A stretch of DNA of 64,000 bases from Minisyncoccota bacterium (GCA_031291955.1 JARLIA010000005.1:209057-273056), one strand, 5' to 3'. Positions 15,910-26,069 are shown, numbered from the stretch's first letter. Notes: generated by a model not told the origin, from the sequence alone. Translations and numbers: made by a program.

Positions 15910-17277
15910 ATGGCAAAATCTCAAAGTAAGACTGTAAAAAAAACCAGAACTAAATCTAAGATTGAAAGAGCGCCCGTTGAACCATTGGTTCTTCAGCCCC
16001 TTCGCGGGATGAAGGATATTTTGCCGACGGATCAGCCATATTGGGACCAGGCGAGGAGGGTGACGGAACGCCTGGCAAGAGATTATGGATTTTCACGGAT
16101 CGATATCCCTTTGGTAGAATATGCTAATCTTTTCGAAAGGAGCATCGGAGAGGGAACGGATATCGTGGAAAAAGAGATGTATGCCTTTACTACAAAAGGT
16201 AATGACAAGGTAGTACTGCGGCCGGAGTTCACGGCTGGAATTTGCCGCAGCTACATCCAGCATGGTATGAGTGTTTTGGCTAAGCCGGTGAAACTTTTTT
16301 CTTTTGGACCGCTTTATCGTTATGACCGTCCGCAGGAAGGCCGACAGCGGGAATTCTATCAAGCCGATTTTGAATCTTTCGGGGAAATTGATCCGATTTT
16401 GGATGCCCAGATGATCCAGATCGCGAGCCGGATCGTCCAATCGCTGGGGATCAAATCTGTTCAGATCCAAGTCAATTCGATCGGATGTCCGGTCTGTCGC
16501 AAAGATTATCGGGCGCTTTTGGTGAGCTATTTGGAATCAAAGAAAAACAAACTTTGTCAGGATTGCAAACGGCGGATGTATGTCAACCCGCTCCGGGTTT
16601 TGGATTGCAAGGAAGATAAGTGCGCCCAAGTGGCGGCGGCTGCCCCGCAATCCGTCGATCATTTGTGCGATGACTGTCGGAACCACTTTAAGACTCTTTT
16701 GGAATATTTGGACGAACTTGATTTGCCATATATCATCAATCCGCGCTTGGTGCGTGGTTTGGATTATTATACCAAGACGGTTTTTGAAATTTGGTCCGGC
16801 TCGGAAGATGGACGGAAGTCGTCACTGGGCGGCGGCGGACGTTATGACAAACTGATCAAGACGATGGGGGGCGAAGATACGCCGGCCATCGGTTTTGCTT
16901 TGGGAATCGAGCGGTTGATTTTGGAAATGAAACGGGTTCAGGCCAAACCGTACAAGGCGCCCAAGCCGAAAGTTTTTCTGGCGCAACTCGGGGCTCTTGC
17001 CAAGAAAAAGAGTCTCCGGCTTTTTTCCGAGATGGAAAGGAATGGAATTTTGGTGGCGGAAAGTTTTGGCCGCGGATCGCTCAAGTCCCAACTCAAAGTG
17101 GCCAACAGGTTGGGCGTGGAGATTACTTTGATCTTGGGGCAGAAGGAAACACTAGATGGAACAGTAATTGTCAAGAACATGAGCACCGGCGTCCAGGAAA
17201 CGGTCAGTACAGACAAGATGGTTGATCTCATTAAGAAGAAACTGAAGGCGGATAACGTCGTAGTCTACCACAGCTAA
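15910..17277 (+). CDS. hisS: histidine--tRNA ligase
   Basis: Class II aaRS motifs (LRGMKDILP…, FERSIGEGTDIVEKEMY, GGGRYD); ATG at 15910 preferred over the TTG at 15901. Confidence 0.9.
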   Translation: MAKSQSKTVKKTRTKSKIERAPVEPLVLQPLRGMKDILPTDQPYWDQARRVTERLARDYGFSRIDIPLVEYANLFERSIGEGTDIVEKEMYAFTTKGNDKVVLRPEFTAGICRSYIQHGMSVLAKPVKLFSFGPLYRYDRPQEGRQREFYQADFESFGEIDPILDAQMIQIASRIVQSLGIKSVQIQVNSIGCPVCRKDYRALLVSYLESKKNKLCQDCKRRMYVNPLRVLDCKEDKCAQVAAAAPQSVDHLCDDCRNHFKTLLEYLDELDLPYIINPRLVRGLDYYTKTVFEIWSGSEDGRKSSLGGGGRYDKLIKTMGGEDTPAIGFALGIERLILEMKRVQAKPYKAPKPKVFLAQLGALAKKKSLRLFSEMERNGILVAESFGRGSLKSQLKVANRLGVEITLILGQKETLDGTVIVKNMSTGVQETVSTDKMVDLIKKKLKADNVVVYHS

Positions 17278-17343
17278 TCATATTAACATTTCAACAATGC
17301 TTGCGCGAAGGGAGTGCTAATATTAAAATGTTAAAATGCTAAT

Positions 17344-17691
17344 ATGAGCTGCATTTTTTGCAAAATTATCGCTAAAGAAATTCCGGCGGAGATAATTTAC
17401 GAAGATGAAGATATTTTGGCTTTCAGGGATATCAATCCTTTGGCGCCGGTGCACGTTTTGGTCGTTCCCAAGCGGCACGTGGAAAGCATAAACGACCTGA
17501 AGGAGAAGGACGCGGAATTGGTTGGAAAAATGATCATTATTGCGAAAAAAATAGCAACGGATTTGCAAACTTCTCAAAATGGGTATAAGCTATTGTTTCG
17601 GACGGGGGAATGGGGCGGTCAGGAAGTGCCGCATATTCATCTGCACCTGATCGGCGGCGCGAGGCTGGCTGAAGAAATACATCCAGCTTAA
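17344..17691 (+). CDS. HIT-family (histidine triad) nucleotide hydrolase
   Basis: MSCIFCKII…, HVLVVPKRH, HIHLHLIGG triad. Confidence 0.85.
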   Translation: MSCIFCKIIAKEIPAEIIYEDEDILAFRDINPLAPVHVLVVPKRHVESINDLKEKDAELVGKMIIIAKKIATDLQTSQNGYKLLFRTGEWGGQEVPHIHLHLIGGARLAEEIHPA

Positions 17692-17699
17692 AAATCCGA

Positions 17700-17835
17700 A
17701 GCCCGAAACCCGAAACCCGAAATCCGAAACAAATTTGAAATCAGAATGATTAAATCCAAAACCGTTTTGAATTTATGATTTTGATATTGTTTCGAATTTC
17801 GCACTTCGAATTTCGAATTTATTTTAGAGAGGAGG
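17700..17835. repeat. inverted blocks of CGAAA-type heptad repeats (cccgaaa)n … (ttcgaat)n
   Basis: cgaagcccgaaacccgaaacccgaaatccgaaac … gtttcgaatttcgcacttcgaatttcgaattt. Confidence 0.4.
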
Positions 17836-17842
17836 TTTCACT

Positions 17843-18097
17843 ATGATTGAAGTCAAAAAGAAAGATCGTGAATCGTCAGAATCTTTGATCCGGCGTTTTT
17901 CTCGGCGCGTCCAACAGTCCGGCGTTTTGCCGCAGGCGCGGAAATCGCGTTTCCGGATAGAAAAGAAAACCCGGCGCGAAGTGCGCCAAGGCGCCATGTA
18001 TAAAGAAAAAGTCAGGAAAGTTGTGAGCAAGCTCAAAAAAATGGGCAAGTTTGACGATCAGAATTTCAAGAATGTTAAAAAAAAGTTAGTAAAATAA
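17843..18097 (+). CDS. rpsU: 30S ribosomal protein S21 with C-terminal basic extension
   Basis: MIEVKKKDRESSESLIRRFSRRVQQSGVL…; AGAGGAGG RBS upstream. Confidence 0.8.
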   Translation: MIEVKKKDRESSESLIRRFSRRVQQSGVLPQARKSRFRIEKKTRREVRQGAMYKEKVRKVVSKLKKMGKFDDQNFKNVKKKLVK

Positions 18098-18100
18098 CCG

Positions 18101-18190
18101 ATGCGAAACTACGAAACGCGCGCGAATCTACGAACAAAAACGTTGATTCGCAAGTTCGTAGATTCGCATTTAATTCGTAGGTTCGAATCG
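18101..18190. repeat. CGAAA-type heptad palindromic block; the ORF track merges it into the following gene
   Basis: cgaaactacgaaacgcgcgcgaatctacgaac … ttcgcaagttcgtagattcgcatttaattcgtaggttcgaatc. Confidence 0.4.
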
Positions 18191-18193
18191 GGT

Positions 18194-18643
18194 ATGTTAA
18201 AACAAAAAATAGCCGAGGATCTCAAAGCGGCCATGAAGGCCGGCGATGCGGCCAAGCGCGATACGCTCCGGATGCTGGATTCGATGGTGAAAAACGTCGA
18301 GATTGAAAAGAAGAAACGCGAAGAGGGACTCTCTGACGCTGAAGTTCAGGAAGTGGCGGCGCGGGCGGTGAAACTTAGGAACGATGCCATTGTCCAATAT
18401 GAGAACGGCGGCCGGCCGGAACTGGCAGAAAAAGAGAAAAGGGAAGTGGAGATACTTTCGACTTATCTGCCGGAGCAAATGGACGAATCGGAGACGAGGG
18501 CGCAAGTGAAAGAAATCATTTCTTCGCTCGGCGCAACGTCCAAATCTGAAATGGGAAAGGTGATGGGCGCGGCCATGGGAAAACTCAAAGGCCAAGCTGA
18601 CGGAAACTTGGTTAAAAAGATTGTGGAGGAAGAATTGAAATAG
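18194..18643 (+). CDS. GatB/YqeY domain protein
   Basis: MLKQKIAEDLKAAMKAGDAAKRDTLRML typical YqeY N-terminus; ATG at 18194. Confidence 0.8.
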   Translation: MLKQKIAEDLKAAMKAGDAAKRDTLRMLDSMVKNVEIEKKKREEGLSDAEVQEVAARAVKLRNDAIVQYENGGRPELAEKEKREVEILSTYLPEQMDESETRAQVKEIISSLGATSKSEMGKVMGAAMGKLKGQADGNLVKKIVEEELK

Positions 18644-18721
18644 CCGAATCGCGGGAGCACCCAAAAGGTGCTTTTTGCGTGCTGGGATAAATTTGTCCGA
18701 GACCGTTGTGCAATATTTTTT

Positions 18722-19183
18722 ATGAAATTGATTCTCGAATTAAACGACCGCGTCGGAAGCGGAATCAAAAGATCTTTTATTTCTAAAATAATAAAAGAAA
18801 CTTTGGCGCGGGCGGGAAAAGAAAGTTTAGAAAAGAAAAACATAACGATCAGCATGGCGGTTATTTCCGAGGATGAAATCCGGGAACTTAATCGGACTTA
18901 TCGAAAAAAAAACAAGCCGACCGATGTTTTGTCGTTTGCCGAACATGAAAACCGCCGGGAGTTGGAAGAGGCGCTGGCGGGGATCGAGGATGTCTTTCTT
19001 GGCGAGTTGGTTTTGTGCTATAATGACATGGTGAAATATTGCGCCCAAAACAAAGTGGCTATTCAAGAAGAAACAGCGCGAGTTATTTCCCACGGCACGC
19101 TCCATCTTTTGGGTTTTTCCCATGGCAAAAAAATGTTTGAGATTCAAGATGAAGTCGCAATAAATAACAATATAAAAATTTGA
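18722..19183 (+). CDS. ybeY: rRNA maturation RNase YbeY
   Basis: HGTLHLLGFSHG metal-binding motif; ATG at 18722. Confidence 0.8.
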   Translation: MKLILELNDRVGSGIKRSFISKIIKETLARAGKESLEKKNITISMAVISEDEIRELNRTYRKKNKPTDVLSFAEHENRRELEEALAGIEDVFLGELVLCYNDMVKYCAQNKVAIQEETARVISHGTLHLLGFSHGKKMFEIQDEVAINNNIKI

Positions 19184-19202
19184 CAGTCTAACGATTTAAT
19201 TT

Positions 19203-19565
19203 ATGCATCGGCTCAAAGAGTTTGCTAAAAGTTTAAGCTTTGCCTGGCGTGGATTAAAATACGCGATCCAAAACGAAAGGAATTTCCAAAATGAAATGGC
19301 AACCGGTGTTATTGTTCTGGCGGCCATGGTCTATTTTCGCGTTTCCCGGGGAGAATCAATCGTCCTAGTTCTCGTTATCATGGGCGTTCTGATTATGGAA
19401 ATGTTGAATACTATCATGGAAAGAGTGGTGGATATCCTGAAACCGCGCGTTCATCCATACGCCCGTCTCATCAAAGATCTGATGGCAGCCAGCGTTTTGA
19501 TGGCTTCCATCATGGCTATTGTTATCGGACTTATTATTTTCATTCCATATATTTTGAAAAAGTGA
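19203..19565 (+). CDS. dgkA: diacylglycerol/undecaprenol kinase family protein (DgkA-like)
   Basis: 120 aa, three TM segments, DAGK_prokar-like (…AWRGLKYAIQNERNFQNE…). Confidence 0.75.
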   Translation: MHRLKEFAKSLSFAWRGLKYAIQNERNFQNEMATGVIVLAAMVYFRVSRGESIVLVLVIMGVLIMEMLNTIMERVVDILKPRVHPYARLIKDLMAASVLMASIMAIVIGLIIFIPYILKK

Positions 19566-19651
19566 ATTTTGGCAGGCGGGGCGTTTGTGAACCGCCGCGT
19601 TTTGTTGTATAATTAGCCAAGAAATCTTCTAACTATTTTTTGATTGAACCA

Positions 19652-20911
19652 ATGGCCAAACGCGACATAATTTGCGGCATCGACGTCGGATCTTCCAGTA
19701 TCCGGACTATCATCGCCCAGCTGGTGAGTACCGAAGAAAAACCGCGGATCATCGGCGTAGGCATTGCCGACTCGTCCGGAGTGCGAAAGGGCGTGATTGT
19801 CGATATCGAGGAAACTCTTCGCTCAATTGCTGATTCAGTGGAAAAAGCGGAAAGGTCGGCCGGCGTGACGGTTGAACGGGCAGTGGTCAGTATCGGCGGC
19901 AGCCATATTTCTTCTCAAAATTCCAAGGGTGTTATCGCGGTCGGCCGGGCGGACGGCGAGGTGACCGCTGATGACATCGAAAGGGTTATTTCGGCGGCCC
20001 AGGCTATTTCCATTCCAGCTAACAAGGAGATCATTCACATTATTCCTCGCGACTACGCCCTGGATGACCAGCGCAATATCAAGGATCCGCTTGGCATGAA
20101 TGGAGTGCGGCTGGAAGTAGATGCTTTTATTATCGAAGGTTCGACGCCTTACATTAAAAATCTTTCTAAGTGTTTCGAGCAAGCTAAAATCGATATTAGT
20201 AGTTTCGTGCTGGCGCCTCTGGCGGCGGCCCGTTCGGTGTTGACTAAGCGGCAGAAAGAATTGGGGGTGGTCTTGGTGGATATCGGCGGAGGCACTACTT
20301 CGATTGCTATTTTTGAAGAGGATGAACTTTTGAAAAGTGCCGTAATTCCGGTCGGTGGTATGCACATTACCAACGATATCGCCATCGGTCTTCGAACATC
20401 CATCGACGTGGCTGAAAGGGTAAAAATGGAATATGGCAACGCTCGGCCATCTGAAATAAGCAAGAAGGAAGATATTAATCTGTCCGAAATCGATTCGAGC
20501 GAGGAAGGAATTGTTTCGCGCTATCATGTTTCCGAAATAATCGAAGCCCGTTTGGAAGAAATTTTCAGTTTGGTCAATAAGGAATTAAAAGCTATCGGCA
20601 AAGACAAGCTTTTGCCGGCCGGAGTGATTCTTGTCGGTGGAACCTCGAAACTGCCCGGGTCCGTTGATCTGGCCAAGGATGTTTTGGGTCTTCCGGCTCA
20701 AGCGGGGTTTCCGATTCCGCTCGGGGGACTAGTGGACAAGGTGGACGAGCCGTCGTTTGCGACCGGGGTAGGACTTTTGATCTGGGCCATGGAAAATGAA
20801 CAACGTCCCAGCATGAAGATGTCCGCCGGTCGTTTTATGGGTGGAATACCCGGAAATGTCGGTGAAAAGGTGAGCGGGGTCAAGAAATGGTTTGAGAAAT
20901 TTTTGCCATAA
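19652..20911 (+). CDS. ftsA: cell division protein FtsA
   Basis: MAKRDIICGIDVGSSSIRTIIAQ actin-like ATPase; immediately upstream of ftsZ. Confidence 0.9.
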   Translation: MAKRDIICGIDVGSSSIRTIIAQLVSTEEKPRIIGVGIADSSGVRKGVIVDIEETLRSIADSVEKAERSAGVTVERAVVSIGGSHISSQNSKGVIAVGRADGEVTADDIERVISAAQAISIPANKEIIHIIPRDYALDDQRNIKDPLGMNGVRLEVDAFIIEGSTPYIKNLSKCFEQAKIDISSFVLAPLAAARSVLTKRQKELGVVLVDIGGGTTSIAIFEEDELLKSAVIPVGGMHITNDIAIGLRTSIDVAERVKMEYGNARPSEISKKEDINLSEIDSSEEGIVSRYHVSEIIEARLEEIFSLVNKELKAIGKDKLLPAGVILVGGTSKLPGSVDLAKDVLGLPAQAGFPIPLGGLVDKVDEPSFATGVGLLIWAMENEQRPSMKMSAGRFMGGIPGNVGEKVSGVKKWFEKFLP

Positions 20912-21163
20912 TATAGCAAAAATATCCCTCGAATTGAAATTTGACACATGGCTGGCGGATGTGATAGATTTAAGTACCAAGAGCCTGTTTTCGAAAGGAA
21001 AAGAGAAATCAATATAAAATCCAAAAACGGAAACTCGAGCTTGCTGCAGTGACTTAGCTCCGAATTTTAGTATTTGGATTTTTTGTTTAAAAATTGTAAA
21101 TTGTTTAATTATTCTTGATCACTGGTCTTTGATCATTGGTCAGCGTTTTATAAGAAAAACTGT

Positions 21164-22375
21164 ATGGCGGAAATAAAACCTCCAGTAGAAACCTTTGCCA
21201 GGATCAAAGTTGTCGGTGTGGGCGGTTCCGGCAATAACGCTTTGGAACGCATGATTGACGCGAAATTGAAAGGCGTGGAGTTTGTGGCAATCAATACTGA
21301 CGCGCAGGCTCTCCATCATAACAAGGCCGGCGAAAAAGTTCACATTGGAAAAAATTTAACCAAGGGCTTGGGGGCGGGCATGAATCCGGATGTGGGGCGG
21401 CAAGCGGCTGAAGAAAACCGCGACGAAATCCAAGAGGTCCTAAAAGGCGCCGACATGGTTTTTGTGACCTGCGGCTTGGGCGGCGGAACCGGTACGGGCG
21501 CGGCGCCGATTGTGGCGGAAACCGCCAAGGAATTGGGAGCGCTCACGGTGGCGGTTGTTACCAAACCTTTCAGTTTTGAAGGCGCTCAGCGGCGGGCGAT
21601 TGCTGAAGAAGGTCTGGAGAACCTGCGCGAGCGGGTGGATACGCTTATTACCATTCCTAATGACAAGCTGCTCCAAATCATCGACAAAAAAACCACCCTC
21701 ATCAACTCTTTTAAAATCGTAGATGACGTTTTGCGACAGGGCGTGCAGGGAATTTCGGATCTCATCACTAAGCCGGGAATAGTCAACGTGGACTTTGCCG
21801 ATGTGAAAGCTATCATGTCGGACAGTGGTTCGGCTCTTATGGGAATCGGTATCGGCGTGGGAGAAAACCGGGCGATGGATGCCGCCAAGGCCGCGATCAA
21901 CAGTCCGCTTCTCGAACTCTCTATTGACGGTGCCCGAGGCGTGCTTTTCAATGTTAGCGGCTCGACGGACCTCACTATGCTTGAAATCAACGAAGCGGCC
22001 AATGTCATTACCGAAACGATCGATCCGAACGCCAAGGTGATTTTCGGAGCAGTCGTAGATGAAACTATAAAGAAGGGCGAGTTGCAGATTACGGTGGTGG
22101 CAACCGGCTTTGACGACGAAAGAGTCGATGAGACCCCGGTTCATCGGATGTCTCGCTTGACTCTCGAGGATCAAGCCAAGAAAGAACCGGAAACGTCCAG
22201 GTTGGAACCGGAAATAACCTTCCCGGAAAAATTTGAATCCAGAATGATCATCGAAGAAAAAGTTCCGCCGAAACCCAAAAAAAACCTGCTGACCACCCAA
22301 AAAGAAAAAGCGCTGGAAGATGATGATGACGAACTGGAAATCCCGGCTTTCATCCGACGGAAAATGGGAAAATGA
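21164..22375 (+). CDS. ftsZ: cell division GTPase FtsZ
   Basis: [14 protein letters not shown] tubulin signature; [17 protein letters not shown]. Confidence 0.95.
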   Translation: MAEIKPPVETFARIKVVGVGGSGNNALERMIDAKLKGVEFVAINTDAQALHHNKAGEKVHIGKNLTKGLGAGMNPDVGRQAAEENRDEIQEVLKGADMVFVTCGLGGGTGTGAAPIVAETAKELGALTVAVVTKPFSFEGAQRRAIAEEGLENLRERVDTLITIPNDKLLQIIDKKTTLINSFKIVDDVLRQGVQGISDLITKPGIVNVDFADVKAIMSDSGSALMGIGIGVGENRAMDAAKAAINSPLLELSIDGARGVLFNVSGSTDLTMLEINEAANVITETIDPNAKVIFGAVVDETIKKGELQITVVATGFDDERVDETPVHRMSRLTLEDQAKKEPETSRLEPEITFPEKFESRMIIEEKVPPKPKKNLLTTQKEKALEDDDDELEIPAFIRRKMGK

Positions 22376-22417
22376 AATCCAGTTAAAAAGTAAAAGTTAA
22401 AAGTGTTTGTATAAAAA

Positions 22418-22446
22418 AGAGAACGCCTCCGCGTTCTCTTTTGTCT
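22418..22446 (+). terminator. rho-independent terminator after ftsZ
   Basis: agagaacgc-ctcc-gcgttctct followed by TTTTG. Confidence 0.6.
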
Positions 22447-22604
22447 TTGTTAGGTTCTGTTAAAAAGTTATCCACAGCCAAGAATTTTCAATAAAAATCG
22501 GAGATTTCTGAGGACTTGGCAGATTTTCTGGTTGTGGTATAATTGGTTTGCGATACACAATATATTGAGTAAAATCAGATTTTATCGCATATTTCTGAAA
22601 TAAT

Positions 22605-23054
22605 ATGATCTGTCCATTCTGCAATTACAATGAAACCAAAGTCGTCGATTCGCGCGACACCAACGATGGCAAAACCACCCGCCGCCGCCGCGAGTGTCTG
22701 AAATGCCATGTCCGATTCTCGACTTACGAAGAAGTAGAACTTCTGCATCTTACCGTTTTGAAAAGAGATGGGCGGAAAGTCGATTATGATAAAAATAAAA
22801 TTGAATCGGGAATTCGGAAAGCCCTCGAAAAACGTCCGGTGTCGGAAGATAAGTTTGCCAAGCTCCTGGGGGACGTGGAATATTGCTTGCAATCATTGGA
22901 GAAATCGGAGGTGAGCACCAAGGAAATCGGGAAATTAGTTTTGAAAAAGTTGCGGGAGTTGGATGAAGTGGCCTACGTGCGGTTCGCGAGCGTCTATAAA
23001 TCGTTCGGGAGCATTGAAAGCTTCAAGAAGGAGTTGGATACGTTTGATAAATAA
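22605..23054 (+). CDS. nrdR: transcriptional repressor NrdR (Zn-ribbon + ATP-cone)
   Basis: MICPFCNYNETKVVDSRDT…RRRECLKCHVRFSTYE…. Confidence 0.9.
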   Translation: MICPFCNYNETKVVDSRDTNDGKTTRRRRECLKCHVRFSTYEEVELLHLTVLKRDGRKVDYDKNKIESGIRKALEKRPVSEDKFAKLLGDVEYCLQSLEKSEVSTKEIGKLVLKKLRELDEVAYVRFASVYKSFGSIESFKKELDTFDK

Positions 23055-23213
23055 TTTCTAATTTTCAATTTCTAATTTCTAAACAATTTCCAATGCTTCA
23101 ATGACTAAATTTTCAAACGTTTAATAACTTGAAAAATTATTGAATTGTTTGTCTTGCTATGCGAGATCTGGCGCAGCCAGAAAAATTGAAAATTGAAAAT
23201 TGAAAATTTAGTT
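23055..23213 (+). repeat. upstream element copy 2 (heptad arms + conserved core), directly ahead of the nrdD start
   Basis: >90% identical to the 8650-8807 (reverse complement) and 25912-26069 cores; ends …gaaaattgaaaattgaaaatttagttgactATG. Confidence 0.6.
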
Positions 23214-23217
23214 GACT

Positions 23218-25455
23218 ATGGGAGGTGAAAACAAAAAGGGGAAAAACAAAAAGCTTGCCCGCAACGCTACGCGTAGCGTTGCAGGCGGGGGGGTCAAGGT
23301 CGAAAAAGGAAAAACGAAAAAAGAGCCGGAAAACAGGGTGACTAAAGTTGTGAAAAGAAGCGGGCAAGTAGTGGCTTTTGATCCGGGGAAAATAGCCAAG
23401 GCGGTCAAGAAGGCTTTTTTGGAAACCAAGGAAGGAACGGCCGAAGACGCCAAACAGGTGGCAGAGAAAGTGGCTAAGCTTCTCAATAAGAATTACAAAA
23501 AAGGCTACATTCCGGAAATCGAAGAGCTCCAGGATATGGTGGAACGGGTACTCATGATTTTAGATTTCGACCAGACGGCCAAAGCTTACATCCTCTATCG
23601 CGAACAGCACCGGAAGATCCGCGAGACGGAAGAATCACTGAAAGAAGCGGTTGATTTGGTGGACAAGTATATTCAGGAGATCGACTGGAAAGTGAAAGAG
23701 AACGCCAACATGGCCTATTCACTCCAGGGACTCAACAACTATGTTTCTTCGATTGTTACTTCCAAATATTGGATGAACCGGGTTTACACCAAAGACATCC
23801 GCGAAGCCCACGAGGGCGGAGATTTTCACATTCATGATCTTCAGCTTTTGGCGGCTTATTGCTGCGGCTGGGACCTGCAGGATCTCTTGCGGCGGGGGTT
23901 TACCGGTGTATCTGGCAAAGTGGCCTGCAAACCGGCCAAACATTTGGGCTCGATTCTCGGCCAGATGGTGAACTTCACCTACACTACCCAGGGTGAAGTA
24001 GCTGGTGCCCAGGCTTTTTCCAACTTTGATACGCTCCTGGCGCCGTTCGTTCGAAGCGACAAATTGACTTATGAGGAAGTGAAGCAGCAGATCCAGTCTT
24101 ATGTCTTCAATATGAATGTGTCTACCCGGGTCGGTTTCCAGACGCCTTTTTCCAACATCACGATGGATATTACTTGTCCCAAAAATTTGAAAGATGAAGC
24201 GGTGATTGTTGGCGGCGTGCCGCAAAAAGAAAAATACGGCGAGTTTCAGGAGGAAATGAATATGATCAATCGAGCCTTTGCCGAAGTGATGACGGAAGGC
24301 GACGCCAATGGCCGGATCTTCACTTTTCCCATTCCGACCTACAACATCGGCAAGGATTTCGATTGGGGCGACAAAAAATTTGATCCGATCTGGGAAATGA
24401 CGGCCAAATATGGCATCCCGTATTTTGCCAACTTCATCAATTCAGACATGGATCCGGACGACGCCCGCTCAATGTGCTGCCGGTTGCGGTTGGACAATCG
24501 CGAACTTCACAAGCGCGGCGGCGGACTGTTTGGCGCTAATCCTTTGACTGGATCGGTCGGCGTGGTGACGATCAATCTGCCGCGCATTGGATATTTCTCA
24601 AAAAATAAAAAAGAGTTCTATCAAAAACTGGATCGCCTGATGGATATTGCCAAAAACAGCCTGGAAACGAAAAGGAAGATGGTTGAAGGATTGACCGAGA
24701 ACGGTCTGTATCCTTATACGAAATTTTATCTGGCTCCCATCAAAATGCGCCGCGGGGAATACTGGGCCAACCATTTTTCTACCATCGGACTCATCGGCAT
24801 GAACGAGGCCTTGCTCAACCTGACCGGGAAAGACATTGCTTCGAAAGCGGGGCAAAAGTTGGCCGAAGAAATTTTGGTCCACATGCGCGATCGGATCATT
24901 GGCTACCAGAAAGAAACCGGCAATCTCTATAACCTGGAAGCGACGCCGGGCGAAGGCACATCCCATCGCTTGGCCGGAATCGACCGCAAGAAATATCCCG
25001 AGATGGTCTTTGCCAACGACAAAGCAGTGAGAAACCAAGATGCGACCCCGTATTATACCAATTCCTCACAACTCCCGGTCTCCTTAACGGAAGATATTTT
25101 CAGTGCTTTGGATCTTCAAGACAATCTTCAGACCAAATATACCGGCGGCACAGTCCTGCATGGATTTTTAGGTGAACGGCTTTGGGACATCGAGACAACC
25201 AAAAAACTGGTCCGGAAAATTGCCGAAAATTACGCCCTGCCGTATTTCACGCTCACTCCGACCTTTTCCATCTGTCCGGTGCACGGCTATATTTCCGGCG
25301 AACACACTACGTGTCCCAAGTGCGTCATCGAACAGAAGTGCGAAGTTTATTCGCGAGTGGTTGGCTACATTCGCCCAGTTGAGCAATGGAACGGCGCCAA
25401 ACAGGCGGAATTTTCCGATCGAAAAGAGTTTGTAGTGACGGGTAAGAAAAAGTAA
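23218..25455 (+). CDS. nrdD: anaerobic ribonucleoside-triphosphate reductase (class III RNR) with ATP-cone and C-terminal glycyl-radical/Zn-ribbon
   Basis: ATP-cone (VTKVVKRSGQVVAFDPGKIAKAVKKAF), C-terminal CPVHGY…CPKC… and RVVGYIRP glycyl-radical motif; start ambiguous (ATG 23218 with a K-rich leader, or in-frame GTG 23338). Confidence 0.9.
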   Translation: MGGENKKGKNKKLARNATRSVAGGGVKVEKGKTKKEPENRVTKVVKRSGQVVAFDPGKIAKAVKKAFLETKEGTAEDAKQVAEKVAKLLNKNYKKGYIPEIEELQDMVERVLMILDFDQTAKAYILYREQHRKIRETEESLKEAVDLVDKYIQEIDWKVKENANMAYSLQGLNNYVSSIVTSKYWMNRVYTKDIREAHEGGDFHIHDLQLLAAYCCGWDLQDLLRRGFTGVSGKVACKPAKHLGSILGQMVNFTYTTQGEVAGAQAFSNFDTLLAPFVRSDKLTYEEVKQQIQSYVFNMNVSTRVGFQTPFSNITMDITCPKNLKDEAVIVGGVPQKEKYGEFQEEMNMINRAFAEVMTEGDANGRIFTFPIPTYNIGKDFDWGDKKFDPIWEMTAKYGIPYFANFINSDMDPDDARSMCCRLRLDNRELHKRGGGLFGANPLTGSVGVVTINLPRIGYFSKNKKEFYQKLDRLMDIAKNSLETKRKMVEGLTENGLYPYTKFYLAPIKMRRGEYWANHFSTIGLIGMNEALLNLTGKDIASKAGQKLAEEILVHMRDRIIGYQKETGNLYNLEATPGEGTSHRLAGIDRKKYPEMVFANDKAVRNQDATPYYTNSSQLPVSLTEDIFSALDLQDNLQTKYTGGTVLHGFLGERLWDIETTKKLVRKIAENYALPYFTLTPTFSICPVHGYISGEHTTCPKCVIEQKCEVYSRVVGYIRPVEQWNGAKQAEFSDRKEFVVTGKKK

Positions 25456-25542
25456 AAAGTAATTATTTTCAATACGAAGTAATTATTAAGTAAATCGAGC
25501 GCAATGAGCGGATCCCCATTGCGTTTCGAAAAAAACAAAATT

Positions 25543-25803
25543 ATGGAAAAGACAATTTGCCATGATTGCGGGCGGGAATTGGCGCATAACGATGAATTTA
25601 TGCCGTACGAGGCGGCCGGACAGAAATTTGCCAAGTGTCGGGCTTGCCACGAGATTGATCCGGTGCTCCGAGATTTTCAGGAAACGGAGGTTTATTCCCG
25701 GGTGGTTGGCTATATCCGTCCGGTCAAGCAATGGAACGGCGCCAAGCAAACGGAATTTTCCGACCGGAAAGAATTTGTTCTCGCAGACAACGGGTGCTGT
25801 TAA
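25543..25803 (+). CDS. small Zn-ribbon + glycyl-radical-motif protein duplicating the NrdD C-terminus
   Basis: CHDCGRE…CRACHEID… then EVYSRVVGYIRPVKQWNGAKQTEFSDRKEF, ~90% aa identity to the NrdD tail with synonymous DNA divergence. Confidence 0.5.
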   Translation: MEKTICHDCGRELAHNDEFMPYEAAGQKFAKCRACHEIDPVLRDFQETEVYSRVVGYIRPVKQWNGAKQTEFSDRKEFVLADNGCC

Positions 25804-25824
25804 AAATTTAGAGGAAAAGATAGA

Positions 25825-25867
25825 GGGGCAATATCTGCCATAACAGGCAGATATTGCCCTTATTTTA
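25825..25867 (+). terminator. strong rho-independent terminator
   Basis: ggggcaatatctgcc-ataac-aggcagatattgccc + TTATTTT. Confidence 0.7.
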
Positions 25868-25911
25868 AGAAATCATAGGTTGTTGCTTAATTGATTTGAA
25901 TCGAGCTGCTC

Positions 25912-26069
25912 AAATTTCTAATTTTCAATTTCTAATTTCTAAACAAATCCCAATTTTTCAATGATTAAATTTTCAAACGTTTAATAACTTGAAAAATTAT
26001 TGAATTGTTTGTCTCGCTATGCGAGATCTGGCGCAGCCAGAAAAATTGAAAATTGTGAATTGAAAATTT
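25912..26069 (+). repeat. upstream element copy 3, directly ahead of nrdG
   Basis: Same core as copies 1 and 2; ends …gaaaattgtgaattgaaaatttATG. Confidence 0.6.

Noticed and set aside
23100-23160. Canonical NrdR boxes inside the conserved upstream core
   Set aside because: No clean 16-bp palindrome matching the NrdR-box consensus could be recognised by eye. This is left as a hypothesis to test computationally.
25562-25843. Alternative-frame 93-aa ORF overlapping the small NrdD-like gene
   Set aside because: The overlapping frame encodes the conserved Zn-ribbon/glycyl-radical motif. This frame has no recognisable features.
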